Below are positions 12,201 through 26,000 of a DNA stretch of 64,000 nucleotides, piece by piece (within the stretch, counting starts at the first letter, position 1; each line of letters starts with the position of its first letter). The notes under the pieces are model-generated. The model saw nothing but the letters and a program-made list of their open reading frames with translations, did not search any database and was not told the DNA's origin. The stretch lies in contig NMRA01000131.1 of assembly GCA_002633005.1 (NCBI GenBank), positions 621,808-685,807 of the forward strand. The letters are read 5' to 3'. Made by a program: the position numbers and the translations under genes. Origin of the DNA: Phoronis australis. Taxonomy: Eukaryota > Animalia > Phoronida.

Positions 12201-15200
12201 ACTTTAGAAAAAAATTCCGGGTGTTTTGCCTTGGCAGTGGTACTTGTCATTTCCGATAATTTAGAAACAAGCGTAGTCATACATTACCTACCAACTATCC
12301 TAAATATGTCACCACCCGTGCGCCCGGCAAGAGGTACTGTCACGTGCTTCCGACCCCATGTATTCACTGGAGGTACCATCTCTTCTATGTGATCTGAACT
12401 TCCACTGTCGGTAATATAAGCGCGCATGTTTCCTGTTACTAGAGCAATGGCTTTGTTGGACTCTATTTTGACGCCTGTCAAATCCCCACCGACTTGAAGT
12501 TGAAATGTCTGAAACCTGTTCATTGTTATGGTTAGGACGTTGCTTTGGTCCGTGATAGTATTGCCTTGGTAACTAAACCAGGTACCAGTATTTCGGTTGG
12601 ATGGGAGAGTGAAGTTGACCGTTGTTGCATTCTGGGTCGCGACAACACCTGTTAATAAATTAGAATAAGTGGAATGCGCAGAGGAAAGTATCTCCTCACC
12701 TGATGTCGGAATTTAAAATTTTGCATATTTATTTGAATTATAGATTAATCAAAGTAGTGTCCTTGTTGGCTCCCTATAAGCCTAGTTTGAAATGGTTCCT
12801 CCCCACTCTCGGGCGCACAAAATTGACGACACTGCCGATGCCCAGCTACAAAATACTCGAGATGTACCGGATGGCTACCCTCTGACACAGCGCCACCTAT
12901 ACTGCACTGTGATAGAGTGTACCGGATGGCCCGCTTGTCAGTAACCATAAGTGTCGTAAGTTTGTCGTAGTGTCAGTGTTATGACTGGTAAACTAATAAT
13001 AGTTTGCCGGCCCAATTCACGCATGTCTTCGTTCTCTGCTGATGCCGGTCTGTAGTTTATTTGCAGGTCAAAAATTTTCCAGCCAGTCTTGTAGCGACCT
13101 TGGCTGCATGATTTTGTTGATCAAATTCAAACTCTTTGATTGTCCAAGAGTTCAACTACGACCAGCTCGTCGGCAATTCGAACGTTTGCAAAAGGATAGT
13201 TCTGAACAACGTAACAGGCACACGTGCCAGATTAGTACACAAAACGTTGCTATGGGTAACATGAAACATACCTACTTGGGGTCCCCAACTTTTAAAGGGA
13301 GGACTTTCATAGTATGAGACCCCAAAATACAGCGTTCCCAGAACATCTACCGGTAAGACCATTACAGCGTCCGAGCTCTTTCTTACTTTGTTGGTGACGT
13401 ATACTGCGATCTCTGCGGAACTTTGGATGAAGATGCCCTTGTCTTCTAGCGCTAATCCAGACATGCGAATGGACTTGTCTATTTCCACTTTCGCGGTATT
13501 ATTCTTAGACACTTTTATCTGTTGAAATAAACTTGAAAATTTGCACTGCAGTTACTGTTTAGTTTCTTGCGCAGTTTTTCGAATCTTTTTTGCGCAGTTT
13601 TTCGAATCTTTTTTTTTTTGCTTTAGTAAGTGCCATGCAACAATCAAGTAATCAAACATTTACGTATCACACCTAAGCAACAATACTTTATCTCTATGAG
13701 CCTAAATGCATAGTTGGTTCAGGGGCACGTTCCATGAAACTGACTTAAGTTTATTTGTCTCAACTTCCAAACTTTGAAACTTCCACATCTGGTAAGCCAG
13801 TTAGTCAAAATTAAGACACAACTTAAGTCAAAAATTTAAGTCAAACTTAAGATCTCTTTCTAGAAACGGACTTGAGACAAATTTAAGTTTATCTTAAAAT
13901 TGGCTGAAATTTAATATTTGTCTTTGCTAAGTCAGTTTTCTTGGAACGGGCTCCTGGTGTCTACCTGAATCGCTTTGGGACCTGCGTTCACCGACTTGTT
14001 GAAAAGCTTGGCGCACAAATGTACGTCAGGTAGGGAAACCAAGGTTTGGAACACTATGATTTATCAAGCAATAAATAAAAAAAAAATCCTGCATCGTTCT
14101 TATTTGTCTCACGGCATACCGCACCACAGTATCGATTTTCAAAGAAAAATACAGATATCAGAACCAACTGTGCTTTTTGGCCTAAATAGCATTGCAAATG
14201 ATTAAATACCCCTCGACACGTGTCACTGTAGTTTTTGTGTTTATAAAATATTTCGCAATTATCATCAAAAAATTAACTTTTAGTTTTCGAACTTCTGACT
14301 CAACGGAAATCCAAATATTACATGTAATTCGAAATTGAAATAGCACAAGTTCCTGTTAACAAAACATCGAACAAACCGTAAAATAACAATAGTCTGATTA
14401 AAACAATCTGAATTTAATGCTTACAGGTAGAGTTGCAAGACAATTTTTTGCCAAGATGCTGTTGTTTTATATACTAACCGATTTCGAATAGATCGCATTC
14501 GTGCGATTCTTATAAAGGCTCTGTCAGTTTTGTTGTCGGATTTGTCAGCAGTGACTGGACGACACCATGCAGTTTTTGTAACGCTATTGCCACATTCATA
14601 AGTAAGAATGTTTGATAGACGTCCCAGGAAAGACGTTCATAAAACATCCTTGTCACTTGTACCTTTTGTAGAGGTTGGACAGACGACATTAGCGGAACGC
14701 TGATGTTCACTTCAACCTCGTCATCCTCTGTAGTCATGTAAACCTCTAGTGGTTCGTACCAAGCTGACGGGTAGTTTTCGCCAACGCCAACAATGAATTC
14801 GACCCCTCTGTTGTCTGGAACACCTGGTAAAGTCAGTTTAATATAGGACGTATTTGCAAAATTATGAGTTTTACAGATGTTTTTGTGAAGCACACTTTTT
14901 TGCATTTGCAGCAGGCCAAACTCTCGTGGCATATCATTCGTTATTAACATTCACGATTTTGTCATTTCTATCTAATAATTGAAATGAATTTCTTGCAATT
15001 GTGTAATTTAATAGAAAGGTATTATCGGAAAGCACATTTGACAGAATAGGCCAACGTCTAAAAATAACTTAAAGATGAATCAGATACATGAGTGAATGGC
15101 CAAACGATATGTCTTTATCTATCTGGATTAGTCGAATAGCTAATAATCTTCTGTTAAATTACGTTTTAAAATGTATTCTCACCTGCGGTCGACCGATGAA

Positions 15201-15246
15201 AAAACACTTGTAAACCAAAAAGTAAAACCAATGCTGAGGCGGCCAT
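9214..15246 (-). CDS. IgGFc-binding-domain (FCGBP N-terminal-like) type I membrane mucin, 7 exons, ~1025 aa
   Basis: Exons (minus) 15246-15183, 14823-14663, 13518-13272, 12648-12292, 11946-11779, 11450-11086, 10929-9214, all phases compatible. Signal peptide MAASALVLLFGLQVFF. IgGFc-binding motifs DNRGVEF, SSDAVMVLPVDVLGTLY, SDHIEEMVPPVNTWG, DPMMAYVPPVEQF, ESYGYPGG. These are followed by DNDCDGRVDEE repeats, a ~400-aa Thr/Ser stalk, a TM helix (LVIGVSVGAACLVLVVAAFTAVTVVL-KKR) and a cytoplasmic tail. Confidence 0.9.
13720..13956. mobile_element. MITE with ~30-bp imperfect terminal inverted repeats
   Basis: CAGGGGCACGTTCCATGAAACTGACTTA ... CTAAGTCAGTTTTCTTGGAACGGGCTCCTG; the same internal sequence recurs at ~37720-37901 and ~38145-38324. 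Confidence 0.75.
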
Positions 15247-15429
15247 TATGCCTGACCAAAGCGATGCTGGTCCCGAGAGTGTGACGAAATATTTCCCACC
15301 GTAAGACCTGTCTGAATCGCGCGATATTCTATACGTTTGTTCGGAAGAAATAAAGATTTCCCTACATTTGTTCGATATTTGTTGACTCGCGTATGTTAGC
15401 AACGATCTGTAACTACAGTTCAGTCAGTG

Positions 15430-15674
15430 TTAAAGGAACATTATACGTTTTTTTGACCGGAAAATGTTTAATATAGATTTTCAGGCGTCGGAGATGTCTT
15501 GCAGACGTTTACTGAAATCAAGACAGGTGATTTCAGCAGCTAAATACTCATAAACAAATATGTAGGATTTAACCTCGCCAGCAAAGCGTTTCATGACCAC
15601 GGGGGTTGCAGGTTCGACTAGGCGTTGAGGCTGGTCCCAGAAACACCATTTTTCTCGTCATAATGTCCTTTTAA
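15430..15674. mobile_element. Small non-autonomous TTAA-flanked (Kolobok-like) DNA element
   Basis: TTAA-AGGAACATTAT ... ATAATGTCCTT-TTAA inverted ends, immediately upstream of the IgGFc-binding gene. Confidence 0.45.
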
Positions 15675-18600
15675 GTGTGGTAATGGGAGAATATTTTAGA
15701 AAATTGGATTCTTGAGTTAACATGTAGTATGCAATCTGATACTACATGTGCAGTTTGTAACTTTGTCGCGCTCGTTTCAGTAAAAATGCTTTTAGATTTT
15801 GTCTTCTTTTGGGAATTCAACACATTTTGATTACCTTTCAATCAAATTTAAAACATGGACTGTTTAATGTTCATTTGGCACAATAAACTGCACAAACTCA
15901 AGTATGTTGTCATAAATGGATTACTAGATGTTTTCATAGTTAATCAGAAATAATTGAAAAAGGATTCCTCACATGTGTTTACATTCTCTCAAATGTTCAA
16001 AACTCGATACCGATGAAAAGCCCCGGAGCGTATAAAAGACATCATTTGTACACACACATCTTTACCCTCAGGTTAGATTTCTGTAGTATATATACTATTT
16101 GTTTACCCCTTTACCATCAAACGTGGGTAAAATTCAAATTTCCCTTTGACGAAACTTTCGAATATTTTTCTAATAATATCATAGCTTGTCCACCGACACT
16201 ATCATGTAGAAATCTCCTTGCAGTACCGCCTTTAAAAACATTGTTTTGGTTCATTTTTGAGGGAAGTCTTTGTTTTAGCATTTTTATACAGCGAGTTAGA
16301 GTTTTTAACACGTCATCAAACTAAAGCGTGACATCGGATTTCTTCTGCGCTAAGTCATCGCCCAGAACTGGATTCGACGATTTCGACTTGATCTAATTAG
16401 CGCTGTCGTGGCCTTTAAATAAAATTTTGCACCCAATTTGATCCTGTTGGCATTTTATAATATATATAAAGCCTACTGTAACTGAATTTCATTTCCCTCG
16501 TCATGTTTAAGTAATGTAAATCCACTTCAGTTGGCACTGTGCAGGTGTATAGCGTTCGAAATACACGCTGGCCCGGTGTCCCGGGGCCAGTGGATTTGCG
16601 GCCGAGCTAGTAATTTTTAAAAGTTCACTTTGCACATGGGCAAGTAAATTTTCAGACAAACTGGCCACGCGGGCCAGCACACTTATTTGCTGAAGTTAGA
16701 ACACTGCAGGTGTATCCATTTTTAAGTCAGTGTCTATGGAAATGATAGGGCAATGCCTTGATACTAGTTATCAACTTATATTTAAAGTGCTCGTGGCATT
16801 TTGTATGTTAAAAAAGAGAAACAAAAATTTTCTGCTTTGTGCAATACAGTTTATGTTAAATAACACGTAAATCTTTTTGTAGTCACGCTAGATAGTCGAT
16901 TTTTGATTTGATTTTACACGATTGCTTGATTGTTAGTATTTTAACAAAATATTGCAATAAAAACAAGAACAGTTTTTTCTGTGTACAGGAAAAATATGCA
17001 ACTATGGTAGGGCTATGGGATTTTATGCACGACTATGTACGTTTATAGAGTGTGAGATGTAAGCTGTTACTTTAACGCCTCCTGCGGAAATGAAAGTAGA
17101 CGGACAAAGTACGGTAATAAACGCTGAACAAAAAGTCAGTGCACTACAGAACCATGGAAAATGCGTTAAGGGACGTAGAACAAATGACGTGCATTAAAAA
17201 ATAATTACAAACCTTCAAACAATCTTACAAATCTTGTGACGATGGTCGGATAGTATAGCAACTGCAGCTGTAAGGGTATCTTCCTTTCTCACCGACCGCA
17301 AGACGGTTCTCATTTTGTATTTTTCATAAAGCAATTCTTTTTGCAGGAGCTGCATTTCTGTCCATATGTGCCGCTTTTTCATTCCTGTGGCGCAAATTCT
17401 TTTTTCACAAACCACTCAACTTCCCGGCCACGTATAGCCTAGAGCAATATTAGTGTCAAGCATGTGCACATCGTGCCCAATTTCTGACATGAAAAGTTCG
17501 GAAGAGAGGAACTATGAAAAGACTTGCAATAAGAAAAGAGCAGCTGTCAGTAGAAAGGTGTGCTTCAAGAGAATGCCCACATGGGTCTAAATTTGAGACA
17601 GCAACTCGTGGCCATCAGGACTTTACTGCAATGTCAACAACATTTGCTTATTTTTGCCCATTGAATGTTTTTTCGTTGAAAAATTTGCAAATTATAGCGC
17701 AGTGAGCAACAGAATCAAATCCTGGTTGACCCACGCTCTTAAAGATTGACGGACTGCGCAGAGTTAGTTATCGCGCCACTGCGGTCTCCTTTGGGATGTT
17801 TCGAGAACTACGTGGCGGTGGATTGCATTTAACTCAGATTTCATTATCAAATGTCATCGCGTAGCTGGAAGCCATTGCATGGCTTATGTAACTAAGTGAT
17901 TTGGCTTTAACAATTATTTAGTGGTAACAAATAAATATGCAATTGTCTAATTATGCCACATAGCAGTTTGAATGTCTCCAGTTGATCAAAAAGTGGAGTC
18001 AAAAATTAAAAATACCACAAAAATAAAAATTACTGTGGTGTCGACGTCAATATTTAGTCACAAATTTATGCTGCAAGTTTGAACCCAAATCTTTGTTCGA
18101 AATTTGACGTTTTGTGTACTAGTACAACAAAATTCTTAGAAAATGGCGTATTCCAAGTAGGTGAGCCACACACAGCACTGATTTTTGGCAAGGCCAATAT
18201 TGTCAGTGTACACTACTTCTCTGGCAAAACGCCTTGCTAGGGAAACACCAAAACTCGCCACAAACCTCAAATCATCGCGTATTTCTACCGTGTTTTACTC
18301 AAGTACCAAGAAGGAAGTACTTCACTCTGTCCACACGAACCTAACTCTTTTCATTTTATTTGCCTTGACGCCTTTTATAGAAATATAGGTATAAGTAGAA
18401 AAGACAGGCCAGCAATCAATGACGGTATTTTACGCAATAACGCTCAAATGGACGCTATTCGCATAATTATACGCCATAATCTACCACATAGGCCTGAATA
18501 ATTGTTGATTATCATATTCTTCAGACAGATTATGTGTACACACCCATCAGCGTCTAGCATATCGGTACTGATAAATCGCATTAGTGACCGCTGCTACGGT

Positions 18601-18815
18601 AACGTAGTTACAAATCCTTTTCAAAACTTTGTGTAAAGTAATGGAAATCGTGATTCAATCCGGAGATATCTTAATGTTTGCGAACCCCTACTTTATTGTT
18701 GCGTCTTCAACACGTCACCGAGATTGAGCGTCTTTTTTAACCTTTTTATGCCATCCTCATTCTCACGTCACATTTGCTTATAAGAAACTTGATGAATTCA
18801 ACCACGCCCGTAAGC

Positions 18816-18977
18816 AACGCAGTTCGCACCATCACGCAGTTCGCACCATCACGCAGTTCGCACCATCACGCAGTTCGCACCATCACGCAGTTCGCACCAT
18901 CACGCTATTCGCACCATCACGCAGTTCGCACCATCACGCAGTTCGCACCATCACGCTATTCGCACCATCACGCTATT
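18816..18977. repeat. 17-bp minisatellite (ACGCAGTTCGCACCATC), ~9.5 copies
   Basis: Directly visible head-to-tail repeat with an AG/TA variant; no spacers. Confidence 0.95.
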
Positions 18978-19409
18978 GCACAAAAGGTGTGTTTTCAAGG
19001 ATCATCGCCTGGGATTTTTTCTCCAAAATCTCTCCACAACGTTTGGGGTAAAAAAGCTACGCGCTGACTGATCGAACGAGTAATCGCCGGACATGTGACT
19101 AAAAACTCAAACACAGCACTATTCCTTGAATTAGAGAATGTAATTAAATAATAAAACAATTGTTGACTGTTGACCTCGGTGGACGTCAATAATTGTCTTG
19201 TTTTAGAGTTACTAAAACTTGAGCCTGTTTTATTAAAAACATGTACCATGATGCACCATTTTATGTTCACTGTATTCAATTAGCAGAGAGCGACCAGTCG
19301 GGTGACATGCAGGCCTCATTGCAGCATCTACGCGTACTGTCTGCTCTAACAAACCTAAACCTTTTACTTGTCACTGAGTTACCAGAGAGGAATGAGAGTA
19401 GAAAAGAAG

Positions 19410-20060
19410 TGTGAATAAACAGAAAACAATGAAATTGTTAATGACACGTTAAAAAATGTTGAAATGTATATGAGCCACATAATTATGACAGGCTATAATC
19501 CACTACATTAATATTTTAAAGGGACCCCGCTAAGATAATTGTCTGATTAAAGACACTAGTGACATCAGACAAGACTCTGTCTTGTTGTTGCTTTCTTTAC
19601 ATTTAGTGTTTTGAATTGGCAGATTTCGGCAACATGTGAAACTCGTTGCAGCGTAACGTTAACGTGCTTTTATTTAAAGGGACTCCTCATTGTTAAATAG
19701 CTGGCTAAAGACAAAACAGATAAGATTCTGCGCTCCCTGTACCCCTGTTTTCAGACATGTGAACCACGCCGCAGAGTAACTTTCAAACACTTCTCAATAG
19801 CAGGAATGAAGTGTGAAAATATCCAACAGTGAAATCGATAATGACACGCTAAAATGGTGAAATGGACATGAGCCGCATAATTAAATATGCTATGATCTAA
19901 TGCATCAATGTCTAAAGGGACCCCGCTAAGTTGAAATGTTTGATTAAAGACACTGGTATCAGATAATACTCTGAAGTAACCGTGTTTACATCCACTGTTT
20001 TCAATTATCAGATTGCGGCTACACGTGAGCCTCGTCGCAACGTAACGTTCAAACGCTTTT
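19410..20060. repeat. Diverged local duplication with ~400-bp period
   Basis: Shared blocks AATGACACG, ATGAGCC.CATAATTA, AAAGGGACCCCGCTAAG, TGATTAAAGACACT and CGTAACGTT occur at ~19440-19660 and again at ~19840-20050. Confidence 0.7.
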
Positions 20061-23000
20061 GAACACTACCATGTGCTATGCATTTACATTTGTTAGGACG
20101 ATTTTAACTTTTCAAAGAGTAAATGGTAATTACGGGAGTTTTAAGCTTATCAATCAAAGCTGTAACTTCTTACAAGTCAATAAGCACGGGGATCTGCTTA
20201 AAGTGGCATCGACACCCGTGGGTTTTTTTCGTCAAAAACAAGTTTTGATTTAAGCCTCTAGCCTGTTCATCGTTATTGGTCGCAGCTTCTTCCGTAATTA
20301 ATATGAGTGCGATTTGTTCCGTAGTTAATATAAGTACTATTTGTTCCATAGTTAATATAAGTGCGATTTGTGGGCTTGGAAGGAACTGTCTGTTGGTTAT
20401 TTCTTCAGACCAGAGATCAATTTAAAGTTATTAACAAGGCAATTCCAATCTTATAAAGGTAGGTGTCCTAAATCAAAACTTGTTATTGACAGAAAACACG
20501 GATTAAATGTCGCTTTTAGATGGAACCAACGATAGAGATGGTATACAATTATTCCTGAAACGTTTAATGAAATCGTTATCTAAAAACCATTTTCGTCTAA
20601 TGCATTAATTTAAACCATAACCGCAGGCTAGATGAGTCGTTAGTCATCACTGTAGCGACACGTTATGTTTTTTCACGCTGTCCAACGCGTGCCGAATGAA
20701 ATTATGGTGGAGAGCGTCATGAAGTAAACAAGTTTATCACTCTATCCAGTTCATCGTTAACGGCGGATGATTTACACCGATGACGTCACGCATCTTTAAA
20801 AAACTGTCACCTGTTCTGGCAAAAGGCGACCTGATCAGGTACGTGAACATGGACAGACAAGGCGCAAATGTTGGCAAACATTTAACGTGCGCAATCCATT
20901 TGGTGTGACGTGAGCGCCACACTAGACAAAACGCCCGTGTGGAGAGACGTGTCTAGTTAACTATCAAAATGTCTAATTATTAATAGAAAATAAACACAGT
21001 GAACCAGTCTGCGGTTTTGAGTGAAATACAAAGGTGGAACCGTGCCAACTGCTGACGAGGAAACGACCTGTTTACCCTGGGAACCAGAGGTTTCATCATC
21101 TGCAGTTGTCGCGTTATGCCGTTCATCAGGCGTCTCAAACTGACTGATAGTACAGTCCAAGTTTCAAAGTTATGTCCGTTCTCTCATCGATACGACAATG
21201 CACCTTTTATTTGAAGTACAGACGATGGTCTGATGAGTCAATATTAGATCTGATCGATGAACCACCAACCGGGTCCAAGCTATGTAGCTTTCCTAATATG
21301 TGACGAAAAAAAAAACGTACTGATCTGCTGCCAAACGCAAACTACTTAGAAAACCTCGGTAAGCCATGGTTAAGTGGCACTAAACAAATGTAAACAAACG
21401 ACCAGCTGATGGTAATATGTCACTCCGTCATCAAAGAGTGAAAGAAGCCAATGGATGGTGCATCTGGCTTGTCTAATTACAGACATACGTGATTATTGTG
21501 GTGCTGAATTACACTCGCATGTTGACTGACTCGTTAATGAAATGATTTTACTTGTCTTAAGTGGTAAATGAGTCTTGCCAGGATTTAGTGCATGGAAAGT
21601 TAGGCTTCAAGTTTATCCAGTGAAAAATGAACAGGATCGTATGAGTCAGCTTGACGCGTAACTGTGTAGAAATCAAAATTGGACATTGATTTTTTTCTTT
21701 TATGAAGTAAAAAGTTAGATTAATAAAAAGGATAAGAGTTTGGCCCGTATTGTATTCACTGATCTTTGCCTGATTTTGTCGTCCACTATCCTTGATCTTG
21801 TTTCTAATCTCATTACTTGTTACGCAAAAGCGTGTTATTCAACAAATGTGCCTTTAAGGTTTGCCTATTGACGAGCCGGAGACTAAGTATGTATTTATCC
21901 TTGTTAGGCGAAACAAATATCTAATTGATTCTGGTCTGCGCTCGACTCATTTTGAAATCAGCGCATTAAGGATACCGACACGTTCAGTTGGCATCAGGTG
22001 ACGCTGGAAAAAGGATTCCGATCCACTTCAGTTGGCACCGGAGTTGACTTTTGGTTGTTGAGGATTTGGGTAACTAAAAAACACAGACCAGAACCACGTG
22101 CGCTCTTTTCATAACCTTGGCTTTGTATCCGACTTGCTGTGTGTGAAATGAAAAATTATGTCACAAATAGGCCTAGCAAATGCGCTCAAACGTATTAACA
22201 AAATGTGCCATCAAGTACTCCTGCCGAACTAATTGACATTAAATAAACAAGAACAAGGACAAAGTCTATTCCAGTGGACAGCTTCATAGAGTTTTCTGTC
22301 AGTGAAGGGAACTTACAATAAACACGTGAGCAAGAGCCTTTGTTGAACTTTTTAGTTCATTTAATCTTAAGCAAAAATATTTCATGTGCAGAAAATGACC
22401 AATTTTCTTTACATTCACATAAACCTACCATAAATTTGACATCACATGGAGATAAGTATTATTTTCACAGTTTATTAGTATCAGACGGGAGACTGATAAA
22501 ACTGTCCAGAACAGCACTTGTATTTACATTGACAGCGTTGGGTAAATACAGCGCAGCCAAAAGCATCACTTTCAAGGTTATACCCACCTGAGCGAAAGTT
22601 TTGAAAGCGTGGGAACTCATCTATGCTTGGAAATGTGGATCAGGTTCGGGGTTCTCTCCCAGAAAATGAAGTAAGAAGTCTAACCCACAGTGTGTCTTCG
22701 TGCAGTAAAATTTTTGACCCTACGTACTTTCGCAACTTCAAATAGGAAGATTACACTATATAAAGTGCTGAATAATCTACAGCAATGAGAGAAAATACCA
22801 TCTATCCCAAACCACATGAGATTATAAAAAATAAAATCAAAACCAGACCATTAAAGTCCTATCCCGTACCACCTTTGAAAAGCAATTTTTCATGTGGTGA
22901 GGTTTTTTAATATGGTGGGCTTGTTAGCGTTGCTAATTACACATGGCAACAATGAACCAAATAGAGTTCATTGACTACTTCAACGGAAAGATTCATCACC

Positions 23001-26000
23001 GCTAACTTGATCTATTCCAGTTTGAAGTTTACGATTTTGGCTTGACCCGCGTGCGTTGTACTTCGGTAGGAAACAGATGTTCAGTCAGCGAGGAACCAAA
23101 ACAAGTTTTAGCCAAGAAAAAAATGGAAAACAGAGAATTTTCATGGAATGAAATATATAGGCTCGACACAGTTCCTATACCGTGGAAACAACACGCTCGA
23201 GGCAATAACGTAGAATTGCAACAAAATAGCTACAGGAGACTGCAAGATAACCAGGTACTGGAAGATGAACATGTTATCTCAACCCCTCCCATGTAGCACC
23301 CGCCCTGATAACACTGACTCCACTTGTGCCAGGTGTACAAAGGAAGTCATTGCACGGAGTGAGGATCTTTAGGTCATTTTCAGCGACACTAACCAGTCTT
23401 CAGACACTTGATACGCGTATTCACAGGTGGACAGGCTGAGGAACTGCGTGCAATATTGTAGGTGCGCTCGATACCGCGGATATCTGCGTGGACGAAGCCG
23501 GCACTAAATATGTTATCCGATAGGGGAGTCTTATAACATTATCACTGTTACTTTTCAAAATTTAAAAAAAATGACTTTGCGAAAATTTAAACAACACAAA
23601 TTTAGCAGACATGATTTAGAACTTGCGTACTTTGCATTACAGTATATTTTTACACAATGAACTTTTACTATTACCAGTCAATTTCCGCAAACGGTAATTT
23701 CTCGATAGTCCTGGTCCACGGCCTTACGTTTAACGCCATAATCATTTCAACGATTTATAAAGTTTTCCGGTGGACAATGTCGGCGAAGTGTCAAACGAAT
23801 CAAGGTTTTATGAGAGAAACAGCGTGGTTTATTCCAATACGCTTTGGTTTACGTACCAGGATATAGGAAACTACAGTATCTGGCCAGAGATCATTTAGAA
23901 ACACATTGACCCACACGACCCCAAGCTTGTGTGAAAATTTGCTGGACCTATGGGCCATGTTAGTTTTTTGTTGTTTTTGCTTCCATTTTATTGGACCCGT
24001 TGGCCCGAATTAAACAATCACAGTAAGACAATGACAAAAATTATTTTTGCGCTCCAAAAATGATCCCTGTGTGCGATATACCATTTGTACTATAAACTCT
24101 CTCACTTATCAAGTTGGCCTTCATTCCATGCCAACTGTGTTGATAAATTTTCCGTTTGATAGTACCCCTGTTTTCGAAAGTACGTCCAGACTTTTGTTCG
24201 GGATACTAGAAAGGTAAAATATACATTTTCCGAATTTGAGCCGTAGGGCTTATCATCGGAAATAATCGGTGAAGAAAAAGTGTGACCTCGGTGAAAGATG
24301 TTTTACTAATGAGACTTAAAAGTCTAAATTGCACAGGTCTCGCTTCGCCCTTTTTCGACTAGTTCGTGGTCGGTGACCTTGTCGTCGACTGCCAAATTTG
24401 ATGCTGAGCAGCACACGGTCCCATGGTCGCGACGACAAGCTTCGCTGTTCACAACCCGATGGCATCTTGTAGAAGAACTGTGGGACTTGTTAGGCTCATT
24501 TGGACAAATGTTTTGAAATGCTATACGCAATCTGTTTAAATTTGACACACGGTCGCCTGGAGGCTTTATTACGAAATTACAGGATTGAGAAATTTATCAT
24601 TGAGAGGAAATTCATCTCTTAAAACTTGCGAATATTTTACATAATTATTAATTCATTACAGATTTAATTTTCTTCTGCTTTTGTGTGTGTACATCTGGCA
24701 ATGACGTCAGCCTGTCTCAGAACTACTGACTGCGAGCAATCGAGGTATAAACTTAGAAAATAACTACTACAACAATTTTATTTCATTATACGATGACACG
24801 AGCATTCATGACGTGTAATACAATATCCCTCTTGTCGTTTCTAACCCCTTACAGCGATATTTAGTAATGGCTCTGCGGGGCGCCTTAAAATAGATAAAAT
24901 TGATACGGAAATCAACTTACGCTGTTGCGTTTTACTGTTGGTCGTTATGAAATAATTGAGTCAATGTATTGGTGCTATTTTCTGGTCTGCCGCCGTTGTA
25001 AATATGAAACATTTGTATAAGTTACTTTAGTTTGGATCATGACTGTTGCTCTGAAAATGCTCTTTCAAAAATATTTTAATTACGCGCGTTGACAGGTACC
25101 AATTTTGTGGCTATAGTAGTGGTGTTATAAACTCAGCATGACCCGTGCCAGCAATCAGCTGGAAATAGCTGGCGTCGTGCCAACCCAGTGCCAGCTCGTG
25201 CTGGGAGCGTGCGGCATCACGTGTCACAACACCGACACCTGTGGATAACAATAGAACTTATCTGAAGACGAGTAGTTCAAGGGGTGGAAACGATTCCATG
25301 CTGTGCCTTTAAAAACAATCCTAAAGATGAGATATCAGTTTCAACGGAGTGGAAACAATTTCATGGGTGCACGAAAGCTTCAAAATTACAGAAAAGACCC
25401 TCTAATCCCGCCCAACGTCAAACTCGCGGCACAAATGAGACCCGCGCACCGACGTGCCAAAAAATAGAATTAGATGTTCGTAGCTTGAATTTCATGGCCA
25501 CAGCTGTGTTACCAATGCACATTTGGGATGGAAGCAAAACCGGCCGATTTAATGTCCAAGTGCCTTATACACGGTCCGCCAGGACACGCCTTGGTCCCGG
25601 GGGGAGGGTCACTTATATAGACAAGGCAGACGTGTACCAGAAATTGCTGAGAGACCCCCTATTGCGGTGTCACTAGAGATCTGCTATTTTCCAACCCCGG
25701 TCTTTTGCGAGGTAAATTTTTGTGCCTCACCCCCACGAAATGGAAATTTAAGAGGCCTATTGGACCCCGCGCTGGTCCCCTAAAATGGGCTGAAAAAATA
25801 CCGCCTACCAGCAATTTTCGGTACATGCCTGCGGGCAACTTGTCAATCATGAGGGATTCCGCGGGGGGGTGTCTGCCACTCGCAAACTCGATTCACGGTG
25901 TTAAGAAGTACTTGGAGAATTGTTTCTACTCCCTGAGTTAGCCGTGTTCAAGCATGAAACAAGTTTACCTTGATACGTGGCTTTGACCCCTGGCTTTGAC

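Noticed and set aside
18816-18977. Regular short repeats suggesting a CRISPR array (also 41548-41732 and 51773-52049)
   Set aside because: Head-to-tail minisatellites without unique spacers; eukaryotic context and no cas genes.
25284-25941. 130-aa and 78-aa ORFs in a GC-richer patch
   Set aside because: No recognisable domain or splice pattern; they overlap a repeat-like segment bounded by CCCGGGGGG-type ends.
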